A DNA stretch of 64,000 bases from Stegostoma tigrinum (Eukaryota): positions 27,709,440 through 27,773,439 of the forward strand of contig NC_081371.1 of the NCBI RefSeq assembly GCF_030684315.1, read 5' to 3'. The notes beneath the pieces were generated by a model that was not told where the DNA came from, made no database searches, and worked only from the letters and a program-made list of their open reading frames with translations. Below, piece after piece: positions 35,974 to 48,139 of this stretch (positions within the stretch are counted from its first letter, which is position 1; each line of letters opens with the position of its first letter). The position numbers and the translations under genes are program-made.

Positions 35974-37019
35974 AATGTTCAAAGAGTGCTGGAAAGTGGA
36001 CTTGATGCCATAATCAAATCAACCGTATCTCATCAATGGTAGAGCAGGATCAAGAGGGTGAATGGCATTCTCAGACTCCTAATTCAAATGTTTTTCACGA
36101 GCCTTCAAATTGGTTGAGAGGTGTTCAGCCTTGTGGCATTTTTTGGTGCTGCTTTAATATCTTACTGTTTGTTGGCAATCAAAAATAGATATAGCACTTG
36201 AGGTATGATGTCAGCACAATACCACACAAGTTGATCACAACTTCCTCTGACTTGTATTGTTTTGGCTATGTAGTTCAGTATTTTATTAGCTTTTCTGATT
36301 CTTGTTCTGTGCCGGCTGGATATGATTTGTGTACAGTTTACCTGTTTCTTTCCTCTTCACCTTTAGCTATTTAAAAAAAATACATTGTCACACATTTTCC
36401 TTTCTAGATGCATTACATTACATTTGTCTGATTGACCAAATATTGTTGAACTCGTTCTGTAATTTTTTACTTTCCTGCTCTGATATCATCCTTGGATGAT
36501 ATTATCTCCAAACTGATTAAACAACAGTTTCTGAATCACTTACTAATGTCAGTTAGAAGCAGCATCAGTCCTCTCAACATACTAAGTACAGTTCCTTCTC
36601 ATCACACATATTTGTCATTTTCCACCCTTCTGCAATTTCTTAGCCATTACCAAGTTTACCCTGAATTTCTTTGAGCCTTGCACTTAGCTAGTGGACTTTA
36701 ATCTGCGTCTTTATCAAATGTCTTTGGGAAATCTTGGTACACAATGTAAAAATAATTTAACATAGTCCATTTGGTTGTCACTTCCTCAAAAAACTGTGAT
36801 GTTTATTTGAGGAAGCCTTCTAAACCTGTGCTGGCTGATTTACTGGGTTGCTCAAGTAAGCTCCTAATACCATTATGCAACCTTCTGAACCATCATTCTT
36901 TCTAAAGAAGAGAATTACATTAACTTATTGGGACCCTGTGACTACTGACTCTCTCAATATCAATGTTTCATAAATCACTTCTCATATTATTTCAAGTCTC
37001 TATGAAAAATATGTGAATG

Positions 37020-37352
37020 AGACGATGGCTCAGTAGTTGGCAATGCTGCCTCAAAACACTAGGGATCCGGGTTCAATTCCAGCCTTGCGTTACTGTGTGT
37101 GGAGTTTGCATATTCTCCTCGTGTTTGCGTTGGTTTCTGCCAGGTGCTCCACTTTCTTCCCACAATCCAAAGACGTGCAGGTTAGGTGGACTGGCGATGG
37201 TAAATTGCCCAGTAGTGTCCCAGGATGTGCAGGCTAGGTGGATTAGCCATGATAAATGCAGTTACAGGGATTTGGTGAGATGCTGTTTGAAGCATCAGTG
37301 CAGACTCGATGAGCTGAATGTCCTCTTTCCACACTGTGGGGATTCTATGATC
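37020..37352 (+). mobile_element. HE1/V-SINE-like tRNA-derived SINE
   Basis: A-box-like tggctcagtagttgg, B-box-like ggttcaattcc, central gtgtggagtttgcatattctcc domain and a gggattctatga tail. Confidence 0.85.
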
Positions 37353-37570
37353 TAACTCATCAGTTCTTTAAAACTGGAACATCAGGAGTGTTGAAAACAA
37401 AGTTTCTTGCTCATTATAATTATCTGTTTGTAAAGTGCTTATGTTTAGATGCTGGGTAATACTAGCATAAGCTCAACTGTGATTTACTGCCAGCTAAATC
37501 TCTAGGGGTTATATTGACATAATCCACCTCTGAAACAAAGCAGTGATGTAATATTCTTAATCAGAGAAGG

Positions 37571-38505
37571 TGATATCACAGATATCAAAGTGTGGAGCTG
37601 GATGAACACAGCAGGCCAAGCAGCTTCTCAGGAGCACAAAAGTTGACGTTTCGGGCCCAGACCCTTCATCAGAAAAGGGGGATAGGGAGAGGATTCTGAA
37701 ATAAATAGGGAGACAGGGGGAGGCGGACTGAAGATGGATAGAGGAGAAGATAGGTGGAGAGGAGAGTATGGGTGGGGAGGGCGGACAGGTCATGGGGCGG
37801 GATGAGGTTAGTAGGTAGGAAATGGAGGTGCGGCTTGAGGTGGGAGGAGGGGATGGGTGATAGGAAGAACAGGTTAGGGAGGTGGGATGAGCTGGGCTGG
37901 TTTTGGGATGCAATGGGGGGAGGGGAGATTTTGAAGCCGGTGAAATCCACATTGTTACCATTGGGCTGCAGGGTTCCCAAGTGGAATATGAGTTGTTGTT
38001 CCTGCAACCTCCGACACTTCCGCCATCTGCAATCCGACCCCACCACCAAAGACATTTTTCCGACCCCACCCTTGTCTGCCTTCCAGAGAGACCACTCTCT
38101 CGTGACTCCCTTGTCCGCTCCACACTCCCATCCAACCCCACCACACCTGGCACTTTCCCCTGCAACCGCAGGAAGTGCTACACTTGCCCCCACACCTCCT
38201 CCCTCACCCCCATCATGACTTTCCACATCAAGCAGATGTTCACCTGCACATCTACCAATGTGGTATACTGCATCCGCTGTACAGGGTGGGGCTTCTTCTA
38301 CATTGGGGAAACCAAGCAGAGGCTTGGGGACCGCTTTGCAGAACACCTATGCTCGGTTCGCAGTAAACAACTGCACCTCCCAGTCGCGAACCATTTCAAC
38401 TCCCCCACCCATTCCTTAGATGACATGTCAATCCTGGGCCTCCTGCAGTGCCATAATGATGCCACCCATAGGTTGCAGGAACAGTAACTTATATTCCAAT
38501 TACGA
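37571..38505. mobile_element. Penelope-like element with internal inversion (3' end on -, GIY-YIG fragment on +)
   Basis: The + ORF reads TFPCNRRKCYTC...NVVYCIRCTGWGFFYIGETKQRLGDRFAEH. The minus strand at 37571-38010 gives the continuation LQEQQLIFHLGTLQPNG plus the 3' terminus. Confidence 0.9.
37645..37672 (-). ncRNA. Minimal hammerhead-ribozyme-like core in the Penelope 3' terminus
   Basis: The minus strand reads CUGAUGA-A-GGG(UCUGGG)CCC-GAAA-C-GUC. Both conserved hammerhead boxes, stem II and an NUH triplet are present; stems I and III are vestigial. Confidence 0.6.
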
Positions 38506-38507
38506 AC

Positions 38508-38645
38508 CCCGCAGACACAGGGAGAATGTGCAAACTCCGCACAGATGGTTACCCAAGGCTGGAATCGAACCCTGGCGCTGTGAGGCTGCAGTGCTGACCA
38601 CTGAGCCACCGTTTCGCCAGTGCTGACCACTGAGCCATCATGATG
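38508..38645 (-). mobile_element. V-SINE 5' fragment with duplicated tRNA-like head
   Basis: cagtgctgaccactgagcca occurs twice in tandem; the B-box-like ggttcgattcc is on the minus strand. Confidence 0.7.
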
Positions 38646-39099
38646 CTATTAATTTCTTCATTATTGTTAACTCTTCCTAGTTGCTACACCTACTCAAGTT
38701 TTGAGAGTGCTGGTTGAACATCAGAAACTTATTTCCTGTTGGGTGCTGGCCAAATTGCCAGGAATAGCCAACACCAATGAAATCACTAGCCAGCAAAAAC
38801 TAAATTGCAACACTCATTTTCAATTGTAATTAAAACATTATTCACATATTGTGGTACCAGAACCGAAACGTGCCTGAGCCTACGATCACAGTAGTTAAAT
38901 ACTAAAGATACACTACAACATGGTGGTGATGCTGGATATCTAAGTAAGAACTGAAAATGTTGGACACACTTAGCAGGTGAGGCAACCTCTGGTCAGAAAA
39001 GGAGAGTCAACACTTCAAGTTTCTGACTTTTTGTCAGAATTTGTAAAGATCTAACAGCATGTACAGAAGCAGGGAAGCAAATGAGAGATTATCCTGTTG

Positions 39100-39330
39100 A
39101 TAGAATCACAGATTCCCGATAGTGCAGGAAGAAGCCATTCAGTCCATCGCATCTACACCAACACTGAAGAACATCCTATCCAGGCCCAGCCTCCCACCAA
39201 ATCCCCATAACCCCACATTTACCCTCGATAACCCACTTGGCCTGCATACTTCCTCTGACACTACGGGGCGGTTTGCCATGGTCAATCTACCTTACCAGCA
39301 CATCTTTGGACTGTGGGAGGAAACCTGCTA
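39100..39330 (-). mobile_element. V-SINE 3' fragment
   Basis: cacatctttggactgtgggaggaaacc core and an atagaatc tail. Confidence 0.7.
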
Positions 39331-39495
39331 ACTATGAAGGTGAATCGTGGGTAAGGAAAACAAAAGAAATAGTCCAAGCACTGGTATGGGAGGCTGCACT
39401 GTGATTGCAGATGTGAAAGGTTGACTATGACTTCCAACAGGAAACAGGATTGGAAGATGTGTAGCCAAGAGCTAACTGTGGGAGTGAGTTGGTAC

Positions 39496-39709
39496 CTTGT
39501 CCCACATCTGAACGGAAGTCTGTATGCTGAGGTCCTGAGGGGCAGTGTCCATCCGTCTGAATATCATCATCAAATCTGGATCCATTTCTCAATTCACTTT
39601 CAAGTTTCTGAATTTCTTGCTGGTAGGTTCGATTTTCAACTTTATTTTGCTGAAGAAACTTCAACAAAATATGTTGAGTCTGTTCGTCAAAGGAAGCATC
39701 CCAAAACAT
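39496..39709 (-). CDS. BID: BID coding exon 1 (caspase-8 site IQTD/G)
   Basis: Encodes MFWDASFDEQTQHILLKFLQQNKVENRTYQQEIQKLESELRNGSRFDDDIQTDGHCPSGPQHTDFRSDVGQ. Donor G|gtacc is phase 1, matching the next exon; the ttgcag acceptor puts the exon start at 39735. The start at ATG 39709 is inferred and gives 591 nt = 196 aa. Confidence 0.85.
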
Positions 39710-39869
39710 ATTCAAAACGTTCCTTGCCCTCGGCCCTGCAATTTAAACATAAATAACATGTTTTAGTGGCAAGACCAATTAAGACACAGCAAGTCTAGCT
39801 GAGTTGAAACAGTTTCGTTTTGGAGGGGGAAGGGGTACACATCAGAGCTGATTCTTGATTCCAGCAAAG

Positions 39870-40620
39870 ATGAACACATAAATTTACGTACGCAATCTAC
39901 ACAACTGTTAAATTGAGGAAATGCAGATACCGGAAGCCAAAACAGATTTTTGTTACACCTAAAACGCTTCAAACCTCCCCAACATTCGCAAAGCAAGTTT
40001 AACGTGAAGAAACTAGCCAGCAATGATAGTTCAATTACTCACTCCGATCAGCAGCGCGGGTTTTTTCACTTTTGGTCAAAGACTTCGCCGAATCCTGTAC
40101 AAGTTGCTGCTGGGAAATGCAAGCCTACACAAATTCCCCTCCCTTTTCCGCAAGCCTTACACAACGTTAAAACACGCCCCATTGATGTGCTTCGACTGCT
40201 TGCAGCCCGAGCTGATGAAGAGCCAGGATTGTGCTCTTTCTGACTTGATGTGGTGGCGCTAAAAGTGTGTCAATGATGAGTGGGCGCTCCAGGAAGCTGC
40301 GACATAAATTGTTACAACTGCAGGAGGCACCAACACACTCCAGGGGAGAAAAATAACAAGCACTTTCCCAGCAGAATGGGGGTTCCTCCTCTAGCTGCTG
40401 CTCCAGTAATACCGACTGGCCGCAAGTTTTTCGAGTATTCAATCAGGACATTAATTATGTCCGTACACAGTGTGAAGAAACGTACAGTAGACTCCCGCCC
40501 CAACCCGCAGTGAAATAGCGCTGGAGGAGGAAAGTGGTCATTCACATGCCATGAGTGATAATGGGTGCAGTATAGCAGTCAGTAAGCGGGGTGCTTGCTG
40601 TTTGCAAGGGCAATTCAGCC
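39870..40620 (-). promoter_or_regulatory. Putative BID promoter and non-coding first exon (candidate donor GGA|gtgagt at 40043/40042)
   Basis: CpG-enriched, repeat-free island immediately upstream of BID coding exon 1, with a GC box (gggcggg ~40495-40501) and a consensus GTGAGT donor 307 nt upstream of the acceptor. Confidence 0.5.
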
Positions 40621-40679
40621 AGTCCCCGACTTGCTCACCCAATCCCCTTCCCTCTTTCCTAGTATTCTCCTTAATACCC

Positions 40680-41030
40680 TTGTTATCACATAGCCTGCCA
40701 TTACACACCCTCTGCTGTTAATCACTAACAGTCCCCATTATCAACCATTCACCCTCCCAGCCTGATCGTTAGCAACTCCTTTGTCTGTCCAACTGTCTTT
40801 CTCTATCTTTGGGCTCTATTCTACCGTTTACCCCCTACCCCACCCACCTCCCTATTTTCTGCATATAAACTGACGTTTTCCCAGCCACCATCAGTTCTGA
40901 GGAAGGGTCATCAGACTCGGAGTGTTAACTCTTTTCCCCTCCACAGATGCTGCCAGACCTGCTAAGCTTTTCCAGCAGCTTTGTTTTTGTTCCTGATTTA
41001 TAACATCTGCAGTTCTTTTGGTTTTTATCC
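40680..41030 (+). mobile_element. Penelope-type 3' terminal fragment
   Basis: C-rich region followed by gttCTGAGGAAGGGTCATCAGACTCGGAGTGTTAAC (a decayed hammerhead core) and the cagatgctgccagacctgct terminal unit shared with 13422, 34546, 18430 and 53880. Confidence 0.7.
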
Positions 41031-41429
41031 CCTTAATCGTTCCCCTTTTCTTTTTCTCTTTAAGTGCTTGTCAAATTCCTTTCTGAAAGCCACAAATGAT
41101 TCTGTGACAGAAACAGAGGGTGGCTGCGAAACTCAACGGTTCCGGCAGCTCCACTGTGAGAAAAACACTCAGTGTCTCATCTAGTCACCCTTCTCAGAAC
41201 GGAAGGCAGCTGGGGAATGGTGGTTTCTTTTATTTTTCAGAAAAATAAATTATCTAAGTTAAAAACAATTACAACACATTGGTACAGCTTTTACAGAATA
41301 GACAATGGACTTGTGACACTTCAGTCCAGTTGCAAGAGGGCATTTTCTAATCATGAAAGAGAACTATTTACATTCCCATGAAGGCCACTAGGATACCGCA
41401 AAACTTAACAGACCCTTGTTACATTTTGG

Positions 41430-44400
41430 GACAAAGACCTTAAGTGGTATTTCCGCAAATGATAATGGGGGAGTGTGAATTAGTAGATAGAGAAGGTGCC
41501 CAGATAGAGGAAAAAATGAAGCAAAGAGATTGCTGGGAGAGAGGTAAGTCCTAATCGGATGTGAACATTTGAAAATGGATTGGCTGGCTTGGGAACAACC
41601 CATCCAGAACGGGACCTGGGACATTGGAAACAAACATGGTGGAAGATGGAATTGTACTATAGAGCCCTCAATCGTCAGAGGGAAATTGAGAGGCAAACAT
41701 GTAGGAAGCTCTCAAATGTGTAAGTACAATAAGGTTGGAATAATTGGGCAACTATAGTGATCAAAGGTGGAAGGTGAAGAATTTGTCATACGTGTTCAAG
41801 AAAATTTTCTTTATTAATATGTGGATGCTCCTACTAGAAAAGGAGCAAAACTAGGCCTTCTTTTGGGCAATCAGGCAGGGCAGGTGACAGAACTAAAAGT
41901 GTGGGAACACTTTTGGTTTAGCGATCATAATTCTATTAGTTGCAAAATGGTTGTGGAAAAGAATAAGCCTTACATAAAAATTAGAATTTTTTTAATTGGA
42001 GTAAGGCAAATTTGAATGGTATGAAACAAAACCTTTCAAAAACTAATAGGAATAGACTGTTCGCAGGTAAAAGGATATCTGACATGTGGGAGACCTTCAA
42101 GAGTGTGATGATGAGAGTTCAGAGGCATTTTGTTCCTGTTACAGTGAAGGGTAGTGCTGATGAGATTAAGGAGTATTGGATGAATAAAGATATTGAGGTT
42201 CTAATCAAGAATGAAAGAGAATCATATTTTAGATGTAGACAACAGTCCTGTTGAAGGGTCTCAACCTTCGTTCCTCTGATACTGCCTGACCTGCTGTGTT
42301 TCTCCAGCTCCACACTGTATTGATTCTGACTTCTGGCATCCGCAATTGGTTCTATCTTCTTGGTTCAACTGAATCTCTGAATCAATATAAAGAGTGCAGG
42401 GGCATTCTTAAGAAAGAAATCAGGAAGGCAAAGAGAGGATATGAGATAACATTGACAGATAATTTTGAGGATAGTCCAAAGAGATTCTACAAATACATTA
42501 AGAGAAAGAGGGCAATTAGAGAGAGGGTAGGGGCCTCTTAAAGATCAAGGAGGTTGTCTTTGAGTTGAACTCCAGGGGGTGGGAGAGATACTAAATTAAT
42601 ATTTCATGTCAGTTTTTACCATGAAGAAACTGGTGACGTGCTAGCTCAGTGGCTACCACTGCTGCCTCACAGCACCAGGGACTTGGGTTCAATTCTCAGC
42701 CTTGGGTGACTGAGTTTCCTCCAGAGCTCTGGTTTCCTCCCACAGTCCAAAAATGTGCAGGTTAGTTGGATTGGGCATGCTAAATTGTCAAGGGTAGGAG
42801 GGTGAGTCTGGGTGGGATGTTCTTCAGCGAGTCAATGTGAACATGCCGTGCTGAATGGCCTGTTTCCACATTGTAGGGATTCTGTAAAAAAAAAATTCTA
42901 TTCCATAAATGGAGTCTAGAGAATGCAGAGAAATTAACTTTGATATTTTAAAATCAGTTCAGATTAGAAGAGGTAATTCGGGAGGTCTTGAGAGAATATA
43001 AAGTTGGATAAATCTGATGTATCTCAGAATGCTGTGTGAAGTAAGGGAGAAAATTATAAGATCCTTGCAGAAATACTTGCTTCATCTATAACTATGGGTG
43101 AGGTGTCTGATGGCTGGAGGGTGGATAATGTTAACCCTTTATTTAAGAAAGGTTATAAAGAGAAAATGGGGAAAATCCTGTGAGTCTGTCTTTGGTTGAG
43201 AGCAAATTGTTGGAGGCGATTCTAGAAGATTGGATTTATGGGCATTGAAAGAGGAAAAAATGGCTAAGGATAGTCAGCATGGTTTTGTGCGAGGAAAATA
43301 ATTTCTCATAAATTTGATTGAGTTATTTGAGGAAGTTACCAAAACGATTGATGGCAGAGCAGTAGAGATTGTTTATTTGGACTTTAGTAAAGCCTTCAAC
43401 AAGGTTCGACATATTAGACGAATTAGTAAAGTTAGGTCACGTGGGATTCAAGGTGATCTTGCCAATTGGATGCATAATTGGCTTAACAGCAGGAGACAGA
43501 GTGGTGGTGGTGGAGGTGATAATGGGAACTGCAGATGCTGGAGAATCCAAGATAACAAAGTGTGAAGCTGGATGAACACAGCAGGCCAAGCAGCATCTCA
43601 GGAGCACAAAAGCTGACGTTTCGGGCCTAGACCTTCATCAGAGGAGTGGTGGTGGAGGGTTGCTTTTCAGACTGAATTTGGTGTTCTGCAGAGATCAGTT
43701 CTGGGTTCTCTTTTGTTTGTCATGTATAAATGATTTGGATGTGAATATAGAAGGCATGGTTAATAAGTTTGTGGATGACTCCAAAGTTGGTAACATAATA
43801 GACAATGAAGAAAGTTTTCTAAGATTACAAAAGAATCTTGATCACATGGGTCAGCGGGCTTAAAATGGCAGATGGTGTTCAATCTGGATAAATGTAAGGT
43901 ATTGGTACAACAAACAAGGGTAGGGCTTATACAATTAATGGCAGGACCTTGGGTAGTATTGTAGAAGAGAAGGACCTAGACATTCAGATACATAATTCTT
44001 TGAAGTTTGCATCATATGTAGACAGGGTGGCTAAAAAGGTGTTTGGCACACTTACCTTCATTGCTCAGTCCTTTGAGTATAGGAGTTAGGAAGTCACGTT
44101 GAGGTTGTACAGAACATTGGTGAGGCCTCTTCTGGAATACTGTCTCCAGTTCTGATTGCCCAGTTACTAGAAGGATATTATTAAGCTGGAGAGGGTTCAG
44201 AAGACATTGACCAGGATGTTGCCAGGAATGGAGGGTTTGAGTGATAAGGAGAGGCTGGATAGGTTGGGACTTTTTTCACCAGAGTGTAGAAGATTGAGAG
44301 GTGACGCGATAGAATTTATAAAATAACAAGAGGTATAGATAGAATTAATGGTAGTTGTCTTTTCCCGAGCATGGAGGGATTTCAAGACAAGGGGACACAT

Positions 44401-44662
44401 TTTTAAGGTTACAGGAGAGAGATTTTTTAAAAAATAGGCTTTTTTTTACACAGAGGTTGGTTTGTGTGTGGAATGAACTTCCTGAAGAAGTGGTGGATGT
44501 GGGCACAATTACAGCATTTAAAAGACATTTGGATAGATACATGAATAGGAAAGGTTTGGAGGAATATGGAGCAGGAGCAGGTTGGTGGGACTAGTTTAGT
44601 TTGGGATTATGTTTGGCATGGACTGGTTAGACCGAAGGATCTTTTTCCATTCTGTATGACTC
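41430..44662 (+). mobile_element. Near-full-length decayed CR1 ORF2 with nested insertions (Penelope ends ~42240-42358 and 43517-43643; V-SINE ~42632-42890)
   Basis: Endonuclease remnant PTRKGAKLGLLL...SDHNSI, RT remnants YLDFSKAFNKV and INDLD...KFVDDSK, then FFTQRLVCVWNELP and a 3' tail. Confidence 0.88.
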
Positions 44663-45219
44663 AGATGGTAATGAAGAAGCAGCTGGCCTTATTGCTTGCA
44701 GACTCATAGAGGTTGTCAGATTAAAAGCAGGGGTGGTATTTCAAGTTGATGAAAAAGAATATTTTTGTTAATCAGCCAGGGTTAATCAACAAACCAAGAG
44801 TTGGTGAGGACAGAATCCAAGCGGAAACAAGGATTGTTAAGTTGTTTCAAGTCTGCTCAAATGGTTAATTGAAGCGGATTTGATTTAAAGAAGTACTGGA
44901 TGATTCACCTTCATAAAGTTTTCAGTTGTGCCACAAATGTAGAGGAAATATCTTCTGGAGTTTTGCACATTCATTGCCTACTAAGTAATGTTCAGTCAAA
45001 ATTGATCTAACTTTGTTGCAGTAAATGTCTTAAAATGTAAAATCTTGTTGTGTAATTCTTTGTGTTGATCATTGGGAATTCATATCTCTTTTTAAAAGTT
45101 ATCAATCTCTATGGAAATCATAGCATGATTGCTTAGGGATTGCATTCTGTAGATCTCAGCATTGCACCCTTTGAAGGTGCACTGTATCACTCACAACAAC
45201 TTAGTTTCCTTTTTTTTAA

Positions 45220-45475
45220 AATTCATTGGACGTAGGTATCACTGGTCAGCTGAGCATTAATTGCTTATTCCTAATTGCCCTGAGGGCAGTTAAGAGTCAA
45301 GAGGACATTACTGAACCATATTTTCCCCTGACAGTTATTTCATGGTCATCATTAGATTCTTAATTATAGATTTTTATTTTTAAGTTCAAATTCCACTGTC
45401 TTGGCAGGATTCAAACACAGGTCCCCACAGTCTCTGAATTAATAGTTTAGCAATAATACCACTAAGCCATCACCT
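45220..45475 (-). mobile_element. tRNA-derived SINE (55300 family), internally deleted
   Basis: Shares ctaattgccctgagggcagttaagagtcaa and aaattccac...ggcaggattcaaac segments with the other copies. Confidence 0.65.
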
Positions 45476-47949
45476 TTCCTGCTCATTCTGCTAGTGTGCA
45501 GATTCCTTAAGTTTCAATGCTTTAATGACAATGAGCACTAACAGGTTCACCATCATTGTTACTACAAAACCTGGTCTACTTTTTTCTCTGATCGAATGAA
45601 ATCATCATTCACTAAAAGTAGCTGAGGGTGTGATTTAAATGAGAGTGCCTTCATGTGAAAACTAACAGCTTGAGATCTCTTATCTGCAGTCTGTGTGCTA
45701 CTACTGAACTCCACTGATCTGTACTTAAAATGAGGATAGGATCTAGCTTGGTTCCTATAAGCTCCAACTCGCATATAGGTGAGTAGGTTATAATTGTTAA
45801 GACTTGGGGATAAAGAACAGCCATTTTTGTAAAGTAGACAAGAGGGATAAGCAGCGCAATACTGTATTTAGCAGTAATTAGTATCTTTAGTGTACTGGTC
45901 TGTATAAAAAAAGAGAAAAAGCATTAAATCATTTAGAAGGCTGAGGTTAGTGATAACCAGAGGGTGAGCATGTGTTCCAATCTGTTTGTTGCAGCTAGTT
46001 GGGGAGGGGGGGCGGGGTCTTGTGGTAGTGGTAGTGTCCCAACCTCTGGGACAGAAGGTCACAATGTGATGGCACAACAGGTTGAGAAATAAAATCATTT
46101 GGCTCTTTGGGAGGCCATTCAGCCCACTGTGCTCAGACCAGCTTTTTGAAAGAACTATCTAATTAGTCCCATAATCTTACTTATTCCCCACAGCTATGAA
46201 AATGTTTGCAAGCGTATTACTGACTTCCTTGGAAAGTTGCTATTCAATCTGCTTCTACCATTCCTTTTGGTAAAATATTCTGGATCTTATCAATACACTG
46301 TGGAAAATCAATGTCTTCTGTGTCGCTTTTGCCATTTATCTTAAATCAATGTCATCTGGTCACAGGTCCCCACAGTCCCGACAGTGGAAATGCTTCTTAT
46401 TTACTCTATCGATATTATTTCTAATTTTAAAGAGCTCTTTTATATAACCCCATAATCTTCTCTGATTTGATGAAATGATTCCAAAATAGAATTAAATGAA
46501 TAGGATGCAATCATGTTTTCTTGTCAAAAAAAATTTTGGTACAATTTGTAAAACATGAAACCTTCACTAAATGTGTTTCTGCACACACAGTCTCTTCACC
46601 CTTTCACTTTTGGTATTGGGCTGCATGAAAAGGCTTTGTTCAGTACTTAGCTAAGAAGAAAAAAATTCCAGCAGTCTCTGGAGCAATTTATGTGACTTAA
46701 AGTTTGCAGAATAGCTTACAATATTGCTGCTCCTTTGTCTTTGGGAATTTTTGAGTGATTTTCCCCTAAATTTTTGGCATTTTTTTTATTAGTGGGGAAT
46801 TTAAAATAAATTTTCCCCACTTTCTCCTGTGATTTACATGTGCTGAGTTGAATCAATAGCCGTCTTACCTCTTATTTAAAGAATTTGCATACGTCCCATT
46901 GAGAATTTGAAGATGATCTGAATTAGGTTTCTGTATAGTCATAACGCTGTGGGCTGTTGTGTTAGAAACACTGTATTGTGGATGAAATGGTAGACCAGGA
47001 TCCTATCTGCATATCTGGGTAAGCTGGAGATTGCCTGAGGCACTTGAAGGAAGTTATGCACTTCCCATAATGTCTTGGTCAGCATTTATAACTCAACAAA
47101 TATTACTTATCATGTTGCTTTGTGTGGCATTTTGCTGCAGACTAACAAGAATACAAAAGGCATCCAGTAAAAGCTATAAATGAGGAAGAGGAAGAGAGAG
47201 AGAAAGTTGCTGAAATTACAATAACAGGGGAAACAGTGCTAGGCAGACTGGTGGAGCTGTAGGCTGACATGTCCTGGGTCCCAATGGGTGTCACCTAATG
47301 GTCTTAAAAGAGGTGACTAATTAGGTATTACATGCATTAGAATTGGTTTCCCAAAATTTTTAGATTCTCAAAAGGTTCCATCAGATTGGGATGTGACAAG
47401 TATAACTACTGTATTTGAAAAGGGTGGTGGGGCTTAGAAAATAGGAAACTACAGGCCAGTTAACTTAACGTTTGTCTATAAAAAAAGGTCAGAATCAATC
47501 ATTAAAGAGGTTACGGCTGGGTAACCTGGGAAAACTGAAGGTAACTGGAAAGAGTCATCACGATTCTGTCACAGGGAAACATGTTGAACCAATTTATTGG
47601 AATTTTTTGAAGGGTAACATACGCTGTGGATAAAGAGGAAAGTATGGACACCCTATACTTGCATTTCCAGAAGACATTTGATAAGATATCACATCAAAGA
47701 TTATTGAAGAAATTAGAAACCAGTGGTGCAAGGGGTAACATATTAGGTGTTGGTTGTCTTGCAGAAACGAAATTATGCATAAATAGATCTTTGATTGAAA
47801 TGTGTGATGAATGGAGTTGCAGAGGGTGTGTGCTGAGACCTCACGCTTTTACAATTTACACCAAAAACTTAGACGAGGGGAGCAAAGTCACAGATGACAT
47901 AAACATACGTAGGAAACTAGGTTGTGAAGAAGACACAAGTTCCAGATAG

Positions 47950-48139
47950 CAGGCCAAGCAGCATCTCAGGAGCACAAAAGCTGACGTTTCGGGCCTAGAC
48001 CCTTCATCAGTCTGATGAAGGGTCTAGGCCCGAAACATCAGCTTTTGTGCTCCTGAGATGCTGCTGGGCCTGCTGTGTTCATCCAGCTCCACACTTTGTT
48101 ATCTTGGATTCTCCAGCATCTGCAGTTCCCATTATCACT
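47950..48139. mobile_element. Palindromic Penelope-end insertion (two hammerhead-like cores back to back) with 13-bp TSD
   Basis: Near-perfect ~60-bp arms around a 1-nt spacer at 48011. TSD aagttccagatag at 47937-47949 and 48140-48152. Confidence 0.88.

Larger units (their letters stand above)
33510..36090 (+). mobile_element. Decayed CR1 LINE with two nested Penelope-type insertions
   Basis: RT remnants (VYLNFQK, MPHGSVL, LVRPHLE), continuing past the insertions to a CR1 tail at ~36050-36090. Confidence 0.75.

Noticed and set aside
37020-37100. tRNA genes at SINE heads (also 51105, 58250, 55300)
   Set aside because: A/B-box-like heads run directly into SINE bodies and lack a complete cloverleaf.
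37557-38346. Long overlapping ORFs of 150-225 aa on both strands
   Set aside because: These are off-frame or antisense readings of a C-rich Penelope fragment with an internal inversion, not host genes.
39750-39800. p53-like half sites (taacatgttt, ggcaagacc, agcaagtct) next to the BID acceptor
   Set aside because: Each deviates from RRRCWWGYYY and the spacing is irregular, so the evidence is too weak.
41103-41423. TGTGACA...TGTTACA-bounded segment as a solo LTR
   Set aside because: The termini are suggestive, but the flanks (attc / tttt) do not form a TSD.
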